Source: Eledone cirrhosa (taxonomy: Eukaryota). Taken from it: a stretch of 64,000 nucleotides of DNA. The DNA is taken from positions 72,664,001-72,728,000 of the forward strand of contig OZ024742.1 of assembly GCA_964016885.1 (NCBI GenBank). Direction: 5' to 3'. The notes under the pieces are model-generated. The model made no database searches, had not been told where the DNA came from, and was given only the letters and a program-made list of their open reading frames with translations. The first letter of the stretch is position 1; each line of letters opens with the position of its first letter. The translations under genes and the position numbers were made by a program. Below, piece by piece: positions 1 to 11,239 of the stretch.

Positions 1-318
1 CACTTGTGACAATTATTGACACATGGTGCTGTGCCCATGGTACCATGTAACGACAAGTGCAGAGAGATCTCCAGATATAAAGCAATGCCTGTGCCGTGAA
101 GCTTTTATAGTGAGCAAAGGCACTGCACAAGGCCAGTCCCACTCTCTTAACCAAGATGATATTTACCAAAAAGAAGAACAAGTCAACATCATTGGATATC
201 ATCAGGGTTGCAGGTGTTATATCAGAGTTTTCCTTCTCCTAGAATTCTGCCTTGACAAAGGCTAAGGGGGTCATGTCTCCCGGTGATTTTGGATGGCCAT
301 TGACTCTTAAGAGCTCCT
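1..318 (-). mobile_element. Short internally deleted (bipartite) RTE-derived retroposon, copy 1; 3' end outside window
   Basis: Near-identical to 589-903 and 1673-1989. Minus strand carries CTAGGAGAAGGAAAACTCTGA, a motif I recognise from RTE-type 5' UTRs. Confidence 0.65.
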
Positions 319-329
319 TTGCCCTTTGA

Positions 330-495
330 TATATATACATACATATATATATACATACATATACATACATATATATATGTACATGCATACATACATACAT
401 ACATATATACGTACATACATACATATATATGTACATGCATACATACATACATACATATATACGTACATACATACATATATATGTACATACATACA
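330..495. repeat. (TACA/TA)n compound microsatellite, the (TATG)n tail of copy 2
   Basis: Directly visible; abuts the 3' end of the minus-strand element at 496. Confidence 0.95.
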
Positions 496-1058
496 TGGTG
501 GTGGCTGCCAACTCGTTTTCGAGTACGGCCACCACTTTACATCCATGTAGGAGAGAACCCCTACCGATGCACTCTGGTACAAACACTACACTTGTGACAA
601 TTATTGACACAGTGCTGGACCCATGGTACCATGTGACAACAAGTGCAGAGAGATCTCCAGATACGAAGCAATGCCTGTGCCGTGAAGCTTTTATAGTGAG
701 CAAAGGCACTGCACAAAACCAGTCCCACTCTCTTAACCAAGATGATATTTACCAAAAAGAAGAACAAGTCAACATCATTGGATACCATCAGGGTTGCAGG
801 TGTTATATCAGAGTTTTCCTTCTCCTAGAATTCTGCCCTGACAAAGGCTAAGGGGTCATCTCTCCCGGTGATTTTGGATGGCAATTGGCTCTTAAGAGCT
901 CCTTCGACAGGTTTTGTTTTTAGTCCTGCAGGATGTCCAAAGTCACCCTCCTCACCAAGAAACCTTGGTGGGGTTGCCAGTTTAGTCGCCAACGACCCGA
1001 CCATGGGACAGGTTGTACTGGGATACATGTTACCAGTAGCACCAACTGGTGACCTGAC
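496..1058 (-). mobile_element. Bipartite RTE-derived retroposon, copy 2 (longest 5' end)
   Basis: RTE-like 5' UTR motifs joined to a 3' end ...GTACTCGAAAACGAGTTGGCAGCCACC-(ATGT)n; no RT or endonuclease coding; lacks a ~42-bp segment present in copy 3. Confidence 0.65.
977..1049 (-). ncRNA. Partial HDV-like ribozyme-type motif
   Basis: Minus strand CCAGTT-[hairpin TACTGG/CCAGTA]-CTG-TCCCATGGT-CGG-GTCGTT-GG-CGA-CTAA-ACTGG can be read as P2, P3/L3, P1', P1.1 GG, minimal P4, J4/2 (CTAA) and P2'. The 5' strand of P1 is missing. Confidence 0.4.
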
Positions 1059-1540
1059 ATATGTATGTATGTACATATATATGTACATACATACATATAT
1101 ATGTACATACATACATATATATGTACATACATACATATATATGTACATACATACATATATATGTACATACATACATATATATGTACATACATACATATAT
1201 ATGTACATACATACATAAATATATACATACATACATATATATGTACATACATCATAAATATATACATACATACATATATATGTACATACATACATAAATA
1301 TATACATACATACATATATATGTACATACATACATAAATATATACATACATATATATATATGTACATACATACATAAATATATACATACATACATATATA
1401 TGTACATACATACATAAATATATACATACATACATATATATGTACATACATACATAAATATATACATACATACATATATATGTACATACATACATACATA
1501 TATATGTACATACATACATAAATATATATGTACATACATA
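1059..1540. repeat. (TACA/TA)-derived array with a 20-bp higher-order unit ATGTACATACATACATATAT
   Basis: Perfect 20-bp periodicity at 1081-1215, then longer variant units. Confidence 0.95.
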
Positions 1541-1989
1541 CATGGTGGCTGCCAACTCGTTTTCGAGTACGGCCACTACTTTATATCCATGTAGGAGAAC
1601 CCCTACCGATGCGCTGAACGAGTGTGACTTTTTAGTCGAGCCAGCGACTTGAAAACTCTGGTACAAACACTACACTTGCGACAATTACTGACACATAGTG
1701 CTGGGCCCATGGTACCATGTGACGACAAGTGCAGAGAGATCTCCAGATATAAAGCAATGCCTGTGCCGTGAAGCTTTTATAGTGAGCAAAGGCACTGCAC
1801 AAAGCCAGTCCCACTCTCTTAACCAAGATGATATTTACCAAAAAGAAGAACAAGTCAACATCATTGGATACCATCAGGGTTGCAGGTGTTATATCAGAGT
1901 TTTCCTTCTCCTAGAATTCTGCCTTGACAAAGGCTAAGGGGTCATCTCTCCCGGTGATTTTGGATGGCCATTGACTCTTAAGAGCTCCT
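1541..1989 (-). mobile_element. Bipartite RTE-derived retroposon, copy 3, retaining the terminal C2H2 zinc-finger codons
   Basis: Minus strand 1680-1603 translates RKCSVCTRVFKSLARLKSHTRSAHR* (C-x2-C-x12-H-x4-H), as at the C-terminus of RTE-BovB-type ORFs; followed by a short 3' UTR and (ATGT)n tail. Confidence 0.7.
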
Positions 1990-2013
1990 ATAAATATATA
2001 TGTACATACATAC

Positions 2014-2092
<79 letters not shown>

Positions 2093-2156
2093 CACATACA
2101 TATATACATACATACATATGTATATATATACACATACATATATACATACATATACA

Positions 2157-4328
2157 TTAAAGGCACACAAGAACTGCCCAGATGGTTATCAACTGCCACT
2201 ACTCTCCTCATTCCCAAAAATAGCCAAACCACCCTTGCTAAATATTACCGCCCAATAGCTTGCCAAAACATCATGTATAAATTATATACTGGGTGCCTTA
2301 ACCTGTTCTTACAGGATCACTGTGCTACCAACAACATCATAACACCTGAGCAAGCTGGTGGAAATGATTCAGGAAAAAACAACAAAGAATCGCAGAAACA
2401 TGACTGTGGTGTGGCTGGACTATCAAAAAGCATTTGATAGTGTACCTCATGGTTGGATTATTAAGGCTTTACAGTTAGCCAAAGTCCTACAACCATTGGT
2501 AGCTGCTGTTGAACGCCTGACCAAGAACTGGTACACCAATTTGATCCTTAGAGGTGAGAAGGAGCAAGTTAAGACTGATAAGATACATTACCAGAAGGGC
2601 ATCTTTCAGGGTGATAGCTTGTCAGTGCTACTCTTCGTTCTCTCACTAAATCTACTATTTTACGTACTCAGGAAACAAGGTGGACAAAGAAGTGGGTCCA
2701 GAAGTATCTCCCATCTTTTCTTTGTTGATGACCTGAAGCTGTATAGGCCAAATATCAATGACATCAAGAAACAATTGGACCTCATTACACAATTTTCAAC
2801 AGACATGAAAATGAAATTTGGTGAGTCCAAGTGTGCATATTTGGCCATAAAACGTGGAAGAGCTGTGCCCTCCTCTAGAAATCTAGAGATGAACGGCCTG
2901 ACAATACAACTTCTACAGTCAGGTGACAACTACAGATATCTTGGACAGGATGAGAATGTCAGATATGATGGACCCATAAATAAAGAGAGAACCAGAACTG
3001 AATACCTCAGAAGAGTAAAGAAAATATGGTCATCAGAACTGTCAGCGTACAACAAATACATTGCCCACAATACTTATGCTGTGCCAATTCTAACGCCAAC
3101 ATTTGGCCTGCTGAACTGGTCATTGCAAGAACTAAGTGAGATGGATGTTAGAACTCGCAAACTTCTCAGTGTTACTGGGAACTTTAACATCAATGGTGAT
3201 GTGGATAGGCTATACTTCTCATGCAAGGAAGGTGGCTGGGGTCTAAAATCCATATTAACAACATATGAGACCCGGATAGTAACACTGAAGCAACACCTTC
3301 AACAGAGAAAAAAGGTTGGCAACCATCTTGCCCAGGTTTATGAGCATGAAAAAAAAAATATCATTAGAATAGCGACTGATCTGGAGGAGAGATATGGAAT
3401 AAAGCCTGATATAAATCTCTCACCCAGAGAAATCGGAAGATCCTATTCAATGTTCAAACAAGATGAAAAAATTGACCAATTTACAGAAAAATTTGTGCAT
3501 GGATACTTGAGACGTAAAACACAGACCATAGAGGGGATAAACCACTCAAAAAGCCTGGCATGGAGTTCCGACAAGTTTATGACATCACACCTTGAGGGAT
3601 ATCTCTATGCAATACAGGAACAAGAACTCCCTACCAAATATCTGCTGCACAAAAGGGAGGGCCAGCAGCTGACAATAAATGTAGGCTATGTAAAACAAAG
3701 ATCGAGGATGTAAGCCACATTGTTGCCAGCTGCGAAAGAATGTCATCTCGCTACTACCTCCCCATGAGACACGATGGGATAGCTAGAACCATCTGGAACG
3801 CACTTCTCGAAAACAAAATTAACAACAAACGAGGAAGAATATATTGAGACAGATGGCACTAAGGAATACTGGTGGAACCTGAAAATAAAAACTGCCACCA
3901 AATTAAAGCACAACCGGCCTGATATTGTTGTTTGGGACCACACATTGAAAACGTGTTCTGTTGTGGAGATCAGCTGCCCACTTGATGTAAACGTTGTCAG
4001 AAAAATACAGGAGAAGGAAGACATCTACGGACCATTGATGAGGAGTTTACAAATCCAGTATCCAAGATACACCTTTAGCTTCATCCCCATCATTATTGGA
4101 GCTACGGGTTATATACCAACCCGCTTGGACCAAAGTATGACTGAACTTGGATTTGCGGACAAAAAGCGCAGCTCCCTAATTCATAGTCTACAAATGGCTA
4201 CGATAGCTGGCACCTTCAAAATTTGCAAAACATTCTTGCGATGACAATTTCTTTTCTTTTACAACCTTGCCACCAGGAGGGTGGCCGGTCAAAAAAATAT
4301 ACTCAAAATTAAGAGAAAGAGATATAAC
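2157..4328 (+). mobile_element. 5'-truncated R4/Dong-like non-LTR retrotransposon (RT + CCHC + restriction-like endonuclease), frameshifted
   Basis: [37 protein letters not shown]; after a frameshift near 3660, CRLC..EDVSHIVASC, RHD and KHNRPDIVV..VEISCP..K (PD-D/E-K RLE). Flanked on both sides by (CATA)n. Confidence 0.85.
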
Positions 4329-4419
4329 ATACATACATACATACATACACACACACACATACATATATATACATACATACATATATATATATATATACAT
4401 ACATACATATATATATATT

Positions 4420-6170
4420 AGAGTATTCTTTAAAAAATTAGGCCTAGGTATCACTTTCGAACTTAACTCTAAAAAAGCAAATTTCTTAGATGTAACTCTC
4501 AACCTAAACACAGGATTAATAGAACCCTTCCATAAGAATAACGAAAATCTATCATACATTAGTTATAACTCAAACCACCTCCGATCCATAATTAACTCCA
4601 TAGCACATAGTATATCCCGCCTATCTTCGAACTTAGAAATTTTTAATGAATACGCTAACTATTATAACATAGCTTTACAATAAGCTGGACATAAAGGGAA
4701 ACTGGAATACATACTAGATAGAGACAACAATGACAAACCTAACAAAGCAACACTACCCGTTCATATAGAAATAACAAGCATAGGACTAAACATAGAGTTA
4801 GACAACAAACACCAAAAATAACCACACAGAACACTAATATAAAGACCCAAAAAAACTATAGAAGATCCAGAGATAGAAAGTACTTATGGTTCAATCCAAT
4901 ATTCAACTCCTCTATAAAAACTAAACTACCTTCTACATTCTTTAAAATAATAGATAAGCACTTCCCTGCACTACACAAATACCATAAAATCTTCAATAGA
5001 AAAACTATAAAACTTTCCTACTCTACTGCAGCCAACATAGAATCGCACATACGTAAGATCAACCACAAAAATATCTCGAAAGAAATTAACCTACCAACAC
5101 GCACCATATACAAAACACAAACACATAACAACATCACAACCACAAACGCATCGGAACACATCACAACAAAACATTAATAGGCCTAAATCAAAACCCACCC
5201 ACAACAACTTATAAAACCGCAACGATGAACCTGCACAAAATAAAACCTCAAATTGTAATTGCCACCTATAGGATAAGTGCCCACTACAGAATAGATGCCT
5301 GGATTCAAGTATGGTATACCAGTGTACTGTGAATTCAGGCAATTCTACCTGGCACTACATAGGTTCCACGTCTGGGGAGTTTAAGAAAAGGTGGTACGTC
5401 CACAGACACTCCATGAAGAACCGTGCACTACGACACTCGCCAATAAAATCTGGCAACTTAAGGACAGAAACCTAGAATATAAGATTAGCTGGTCAAAATT
5501 ATCGGTAGCGAAAGCCTACAGCAACGGTATGTCCCACTGCGTGCTTTGTAATTTAGAACTACTACATATTTTAAGGTACGATGGGATGCTGCTTAACAGC
5601 AAAATAGAAAGATATATTTTCTGTAGACATAAAATAGCTACTATATTCACAAACTTTAAACCACCATGAATTGAACCAGCAATCCCAAAATTAGTACTGA
5701 ACCACCTAGATTTTAACATAAAGAATACACACCATCGCACTGCTATTAGCTATCAAACGGTCAACTGGTCACTGGATCATAAATCTCTGAACATTTCTTT
5801 CACCCTCTCTCTCTGAAACAACATCAACCCCATTAAGATAGAACAATCAACAAAACATTTACAAGCGTTTATCAAATGTCCTGTCATCCCTAGCCCATAA
5901 ATATCATACATACATCCAGCAATTAATCTCTAATTTATTTCTCTTTTAATGGACCCTCTACACAAATCTATGTACATCTCAAATCTAGCTTCCCACCAAA
6001 GAATACTTACTCAAAAACTACTACTATGTACTTACACTATCTCATTTATTTATTTATCTCTTTATATTTTCCATTCTCTCATTTTCTTACTTTTTTATGT
6101 ACCATATCTTTTAATCTACTTTTACTTTTTACATCTGTAACTTCTCTACCTATTTACCATACATGTACGT
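4420..6170 (+). mobile_element. Penelope-like element fragment (RT C-terminus, GIY-YIG endonuclease, AT-rich 3' region), disrupted
   Basis: KKANFLDVTLNL (PLE RT), CNC..CPLQNRCL..VYQCTV, YIGSTSGEFKKRW (GIY-YIG), C-x2-C..E..I..LLNSK.E..CRHK; stops and frameshifts present. Confidence 0.85.
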
Positions 6171-6213
6171 GAGGTGTTTACATCTGTAACTTCTCTACCT
6201 ATTTACCATACAA

Positions 6214-8480
6214 AAACGTGAGGTGTTCAGGATTGCTAGGCAATGCGTCAAGGAAAACCGTGATATTGTCGGGGAGAAGTGTGTACTAAACGACGATGGC
6301 ACACTTGCCATCACCGACGCTGATAAGAAGGTAGCTTGGAAGTGTCACTATGAAAGGCTTCTAAATGAGGAGAATAATTGGGAGAAAGGCAGTCTCCCCC
6401 ATATCGACCCAATAGAGGGACCAGCAGTGTTAGTCGAGGGGAGTATAATAAGTAAGGCAATCAAGGATATGAAGACTGGTAAGGCGGCTGGGCCTTCGGA
6501 AATAGTTGCTGAGATGCTGAAGGCATCTGGCACGGTGGGACACACCATGGTCACCCGCATAGTTAACCAAGTCGTACAAAACGGGGTTGTTCCGAAGGAC
6601 TGGCATAGCAGCATCATCGTTAACTGTTATAAGGGTAAAGGAGACGCCCTAGATAGGAGTAACTATAGAGGCATTAAATTAATCGACCAGGTCATGAAGG
6701 TCACGGAAAGAGTAATAGCGCAGCTAATCAGAGAGAGAATTGACCTAGATGAAATGCAGTTCGGGTTTGTGTCAGGCAAAAGTACCACAGACGCTCTTTT
6801 CATAGTACGACAACTACAAGAGAAGTACCTAGCTAAAGGTAAACCCCTCTACTTAGCTTTTGTCGACTTGGAGAAAGCCTTCGACAGAGTCCCCCGCTCC
6901 ATTATCTGGTGGGCTCTTAGAAAACTAGGCGTTGACGAATGGCTTGTGAGGGCTATACAAGCCATGTATAAAGAAACAGTCAGCAAGGTTAGAATTAACA
7001 ACGAATATAGTGAAGAGTTTAGCGTAAAAGTCGGCGTCCATCAGGGCTCTGTTCTCAGTCCACTACTATTTATTATTGCCCTTCAGGCCATAACAGAGGA
7101 GTTCAAGACAGGCTGCCCATGGGAACTCCTATACGCAGACGACCTGACACTCATAGCGGAATCAATGGCCGAGCTAGAGAAGAAATTCCAAACATGGAAG
7201 CACGGCCTAGAGTCAAAAGGACTTAAAATTAACCTGGCTAAGACCAAAGTACTAGTTTGTAGGAAAGAAAACAAGGCGGCGGTCCCTTCTGGGAAATGGT
7301 CGTGCTCGGTGTGTAGGAAAGGCGTAGGTAGAAACTCCATTTTATGTCCTAAATGCAAAGTATGGGTGCATAAAAGATGTAGTGGGATCACAGGTAGGCT
7401 AACTAAGAACATAGATTTTACATGTGGCCGGTGCTCTGGTGCAATAAGTAGCAGCAAGTGCCCACAAACTACTAGCTCTTTCAATTGCGCAGAGGGTTCT
7501 ATAGAAATAGTGGACAGCTTCCGTTACCTGGGCGATAAAATCAGCAGTGGGGGAGGGTGCTCTGAAAGTACTGTAGCTAGAGTCAGAACTGGTTGGAAAA
7601 AGTTCAGAGAGCTTATACCACTATTAGCTGCTAAAGGGTTCTCACTAAAAATGAAAGGCAGGTTGTACGATGCCTGCATACGAACAGCAATGCTGCATGG
7701 CAGTGAGACCTGGGCATTGTGTGCAGAGGATATACGCAGACTAGAGAGGAACGAAGCTTGCATGCTCCGCTGGATGTGTAACAGTAATATACGTGAACGG
7801 CAAAGCATAAACGAACTAAGGAATAAATTAGAGATAAGAGGGATCAGATGTTGTTTACTCGAGAGAAGGCTACGTTGGTATGGACACGTGATGCGCATGA
7901 AAGTCGATAGCTGTATAACAAAGTGCAGGGCAATAAAGATAGACGGTAGTCACGGAATAGGCAGACCTAGAAAAACCTGGGACGAGCTGATAAACTCCGA
8001 CATCACACACTTACACCTCTCCAAGACAATGTCACTGGACCGAGACCTTTGGCGGTACTCAGTAACAGAGAAGACCCGCCTTACCTAAATATATAGTAAA
8101 ACCTACTCCAGCCAGTAGGCATCTCTAACAAATACACCCCGTCCCACCACCCCCACCCGATCCACACCACCCCGTTCTATGTAAAGTTATGTTGGTGCCG
8201 CGCCATCGAGGCCGAAACAAATGAGATCGTGTAGGTGTCACGACAAAAAAACACACAGTCCACGCTGTAATGTGGCCGTGTAGGCAACACGGTAAAAACC
8301 TCCCAGACCCACACTGTAAATGTGGTTGGTGTTAGGAAGGGCATCCAACTGTAGAAAACCTGCCAGACAGTCCTATGCGAGCAAGACAATCACTCTTGCC
8401 TCAAGTGGGACTACCCCCGTCCAAACCCATGCAAGCGTGGAACACGGACGTTAAACGCTGATGATGATGATGATGATGAT
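6214..8480 (+). mobile_element. 5'-truncated RTE LINE (family 1), young
   Basis: Uninterrupted RT ORF, ~390-bp 3' UTR ending CCCATGCAAGCGTGGAA..GGACGTTAAACG and a (GAT)n tail. Confidence 0.93.
6223..8088 (+). CDS. RTE reverse transcriptase (partial ORF) with PHD-type finger insertion
   Basis: NYRGIKL, FVDLEKAFDRV, GVHQGSVLSP, LYADD, FRYLG, HGSETW, RRLRWYGHV, GRPRKTW; C4HC3 motif at 7303-7434. Confidence 0.9.
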   Translation: MFRIARQCVKENRDIVGEKCVLNDDGTLAITDADKKVAWKCHYERLLNEENNWEKGSLPHIDPIEGPAVLVEGSIISKAIKDMKTGKAAGPSEIVAEMLKASGTVGHTMVTRIVNQVVQNGVVPKDWHSSIIVNCYKGKGDALDRSNYRGIKLIDQVMKVTERVIAQLIRERIDLDEMQFGFVSGKSTTDALFIVRQLQEKYLAKGKPLYLAFVDLEKAFDRVPRSIIWWALRKLGVDEWLVRAIQAMYKETVSKVRINNEYSEEFSVKVGVHQGSVLSPLLFIIALQAITEEFKTGCPWELLYADDLTLIAESMAELEKKFQTWKHGLESKGLKINLAKTKVLVCRKENKAAVPSGKWSCSVCRKGVGRNSILCPKCKVWVHKRCSGITGRLTKNIDFTCGRCSGAISSSKCPQTTSSFNCAEGSIEIVDSFRYLGDKISSGGGCSESTVARVRTGWKKFRELIPLLAAKGFSLKMKGRLYDACIRTAMLHGSETWALCAEDIRRLERNEACMLRWMCNSNIRERQSINELRNKLEIRGIRCCLLERRLRWYGHVMRMKVDSCITKCRAIKIDGSHGIGRPRKTWDELINSDITHLHLSKTMSLDRDLWRYSVTEKTRLT

Positions 8481-9423
8481 GTATTATTATTGATGTTATT
8501 GTTTATATTATACGCTATTTTATTATTGATGTTATTGTTTTAATCAACTGATTACGCATGTGACTGGTTGAAATATCTAGAATTTGAATTCTAACTCTAT
8601 ATCGCTGTCTAATCGCCGGTTGGCATTTAATGTCCAGAAAGGTTTTAGGCACTACCATTGTTACTGTCGCACTATTTCTCGCCATGGGACTTGGAGATTA
8701 AAGCTGAATGCTACCATTCTATTGTACAGCGACGATAGGCGACTGATTTTTAAATAACTATTTTTCACTCGCTTGTTATTTGTGTTTGCTGAGAGCTTAT
8801 GGTAAGAGCGGGACTATTTGAATTTTGTCTCCTGCGGTCACATAAATTTCTGAACCAATGGCCAATCGACTGACAGCATTATGATGACGCGTAGGGATAT
8901 CAGTTGCTAATGTTTTACTATGTTGGCCATCACATTCTGTCATAGCCGGCACGGACTGGAGTTGAATTCTGTCAATCGATTGGTTATTGATTAGGCAAAA
9001 TCCGATGATGAAGCCACATGCACCAATTGTGCGTTGTTGCATAATAAATGCAGACAGTGGATACTGTGCACTCTATTGCTGCATTAAGTGTGGCAGAAAC
9101 TCGAGTTCGGGTATAGATTGAAGGTTCTCATTTACGTATGTTATGTTAAAGCGAATAACTATGTGTCTACTCTGGGAGTTTACTTAACATTACCAATTGA
9201 GTACACCGAGATGCAACCGGTACTAGCAGTGAAACACATGCTAGTCTCGTCAACTTATGATCTAATATAAAAGCGAGCAAGAAAGAGTTTTATATCCACT
9301 TTTCCATGCTAGCATGGGCTGGAAAGGGCAGTGTTCTATGGTTGGCTACCCTTCCACATAGAAGTCTCTTACACCACACACACACATACTGTGTACATAT
9401 GCTTAAAAAAATATATATATATA

Positions 9424-11120
9424 TAAATGTGTCCGGAATGATGCCGGTGTACTTAGTGTCACGAATGATCAGAAAAAGGAGGCCTGGAAATGTCATTATG
9501 AGAGAGTGATGAATGTGGAGAACGATTGGGAGAGAGAGAAATTACCCTTAGTAGATCCGACAGAGGGACCAGCTATTGAGATTGACGAATATAGGGTCCA
9601 AGAGGCGATTAAGGAAATGAGCAGAAATGCAGCAGTATTCTCGTAAATTGCTAGAAAGGTAAAGGGGATGCTCTGGAGAGGAGCAATTATTGGGGTATAA
9701 AACTGATGGATCAGGTTATGAAAGTGGCAGAAAGGATATTAGCACAACTAATTAGAGAAAGGGTCAAACTAGATGAGATGCAGTTTGGTTTTGTGCCTGG
9801 CAAGAGTACAACAGATACCCTCTTCTTGGTGAGACAATTGCAAGAGAGGTTCTTAGAGAAAAATAAGCCACTATACTTAGCCTTTGTTGACCTAGAAAAG
9901 GCCTTTGATAGGGTACCCCGATCTGTCATCTGGTGGTCCCTAAGGAAGCTAGGTGTTGAGGAATGGCTTGTGAGGACAGTGCAAACTTTGTACAGGGTAG
10001 GAATGGAGTTTAGTGAGGAATTCCAGATACAAGTAGGAGTACATCAAGGTTCGGTCCTCAGCCCACTCTTGTTCATTATAGTCCTCCAAGCCATAACAGA
10101 GGAGTTTAAGACTGGTTGTCCATGGGAACTTCTCTATGCTGACGATCTGGTTCTTATAGCAGAATCAGTAGAGGAGCTAGAGAATAAATTCTGGCTATGG
10201 AAACAGCAGTTGGAAGCAAGAGGACAGAGTGAACCTAGCTAAGACAAAAGTGTTGATGAGTAGAAAAGAGGACAAAACTCTGATTCCGTCAGGGAAATGG
10301 CCATGTTCGATATGCAGAAAAGGAACTGGCATAAATTCTATAAAATGCACACAATGCAGATCCTAGGTACACAAGAGATATAGCGGGATAGCAGGCAAAC
10401 TAACAGGTAGGGAGAAATATGTATGCAGTAGATGTACAGGGAAATTAGACAGTAGAAGTCGCATTGATAGACACATTTTTCAAATGCAGGTGGGTGCTAT
10501 AGAAGTGGTGGATAGCTTCCGGTACCTAGATCAGATTAGCATGGGAGGAGGCGGGGTTCCGAGGCCATAGTATCTAGAATAAGGACGGGTTGGAAGAAGT
10601 TTAGGGAGCTACTTCCTCTGCTGACGAAGGGGTTCTCCCTGCGTACGAAAGGCCGGTTGTATGATGCTCGTGTGAGGAGTGCGATGCTGAATGGTAGTGA
10701 GACATGAGCAGCAACTGCAGAGGATATGCGACGGCTGGAGAGATATGAGGCAAGCATGCTCCGTTGGATGTGCAGTTTAAATGTACGTGAACGACCCAGC
10801 ATGAATGTGTTGAGAGAGAAACTGTGTCTGAGAAGGATAGAATATAGTGTACGGGAGAGGAGACTGAGGTGGTATGGACATGTGATGCGCATGGAGGATG
10901 ACCGATGGGTGAAGAAATGCCAGGAAATGCCAGTTGAAGGAAGACGTGGTAGAGGTAGACCACGAAAAACATGGGCGGAGGTGGTGAGAACAGACCTCGG
11001 ATCGTTGAAGCTCGCGGTGGAGATGACGAAGGACCGTGACGAGTGGAGAGATGCTGTGCTGAATAAGACCCGTCCCACCCTTGCAAGCAGAGAAAAGCGG
11101 ACGTAAAATGATGATGATGA
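9424..11120 (+). mobile_element. RTE LINE family 2, copy A; 5'-truncated and disabled
   Basis: RT motifs in broken ORFs; frame runs to KTRPTLASREKRT* directly followed by an (ATG)n tail; closely similar to 23760-25580. Confidence 0.92.
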
Positions 11121-11239
11121 TATATATATATATACACAGTAGAAGAAAATGACTGTGAAAGATAGAGAGAGATGGACGGATAGATTTACTACTTGAGAGT
11201 GATCTTCAGTGTAAGATGATTGTGAAGTTGGTGGCAGTG

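Noticed and set aside
1-1989. Repeat-spacer layout resembling a CRISPR array
   Set aside because: Units are hundreds of bp with microsatellite spacers; eukaryotic context; no cas genes.
222-2258. ORFs rich in Y/I/M/C/V/H/T
   Set aside because: Translations of (TACA/TA)n microsatellites.
8490-9285. CpG-richer segment, possible DNA transposon or regulatory element
   Set aside because: No TIR, TSD, Helitron end or coding motif found.
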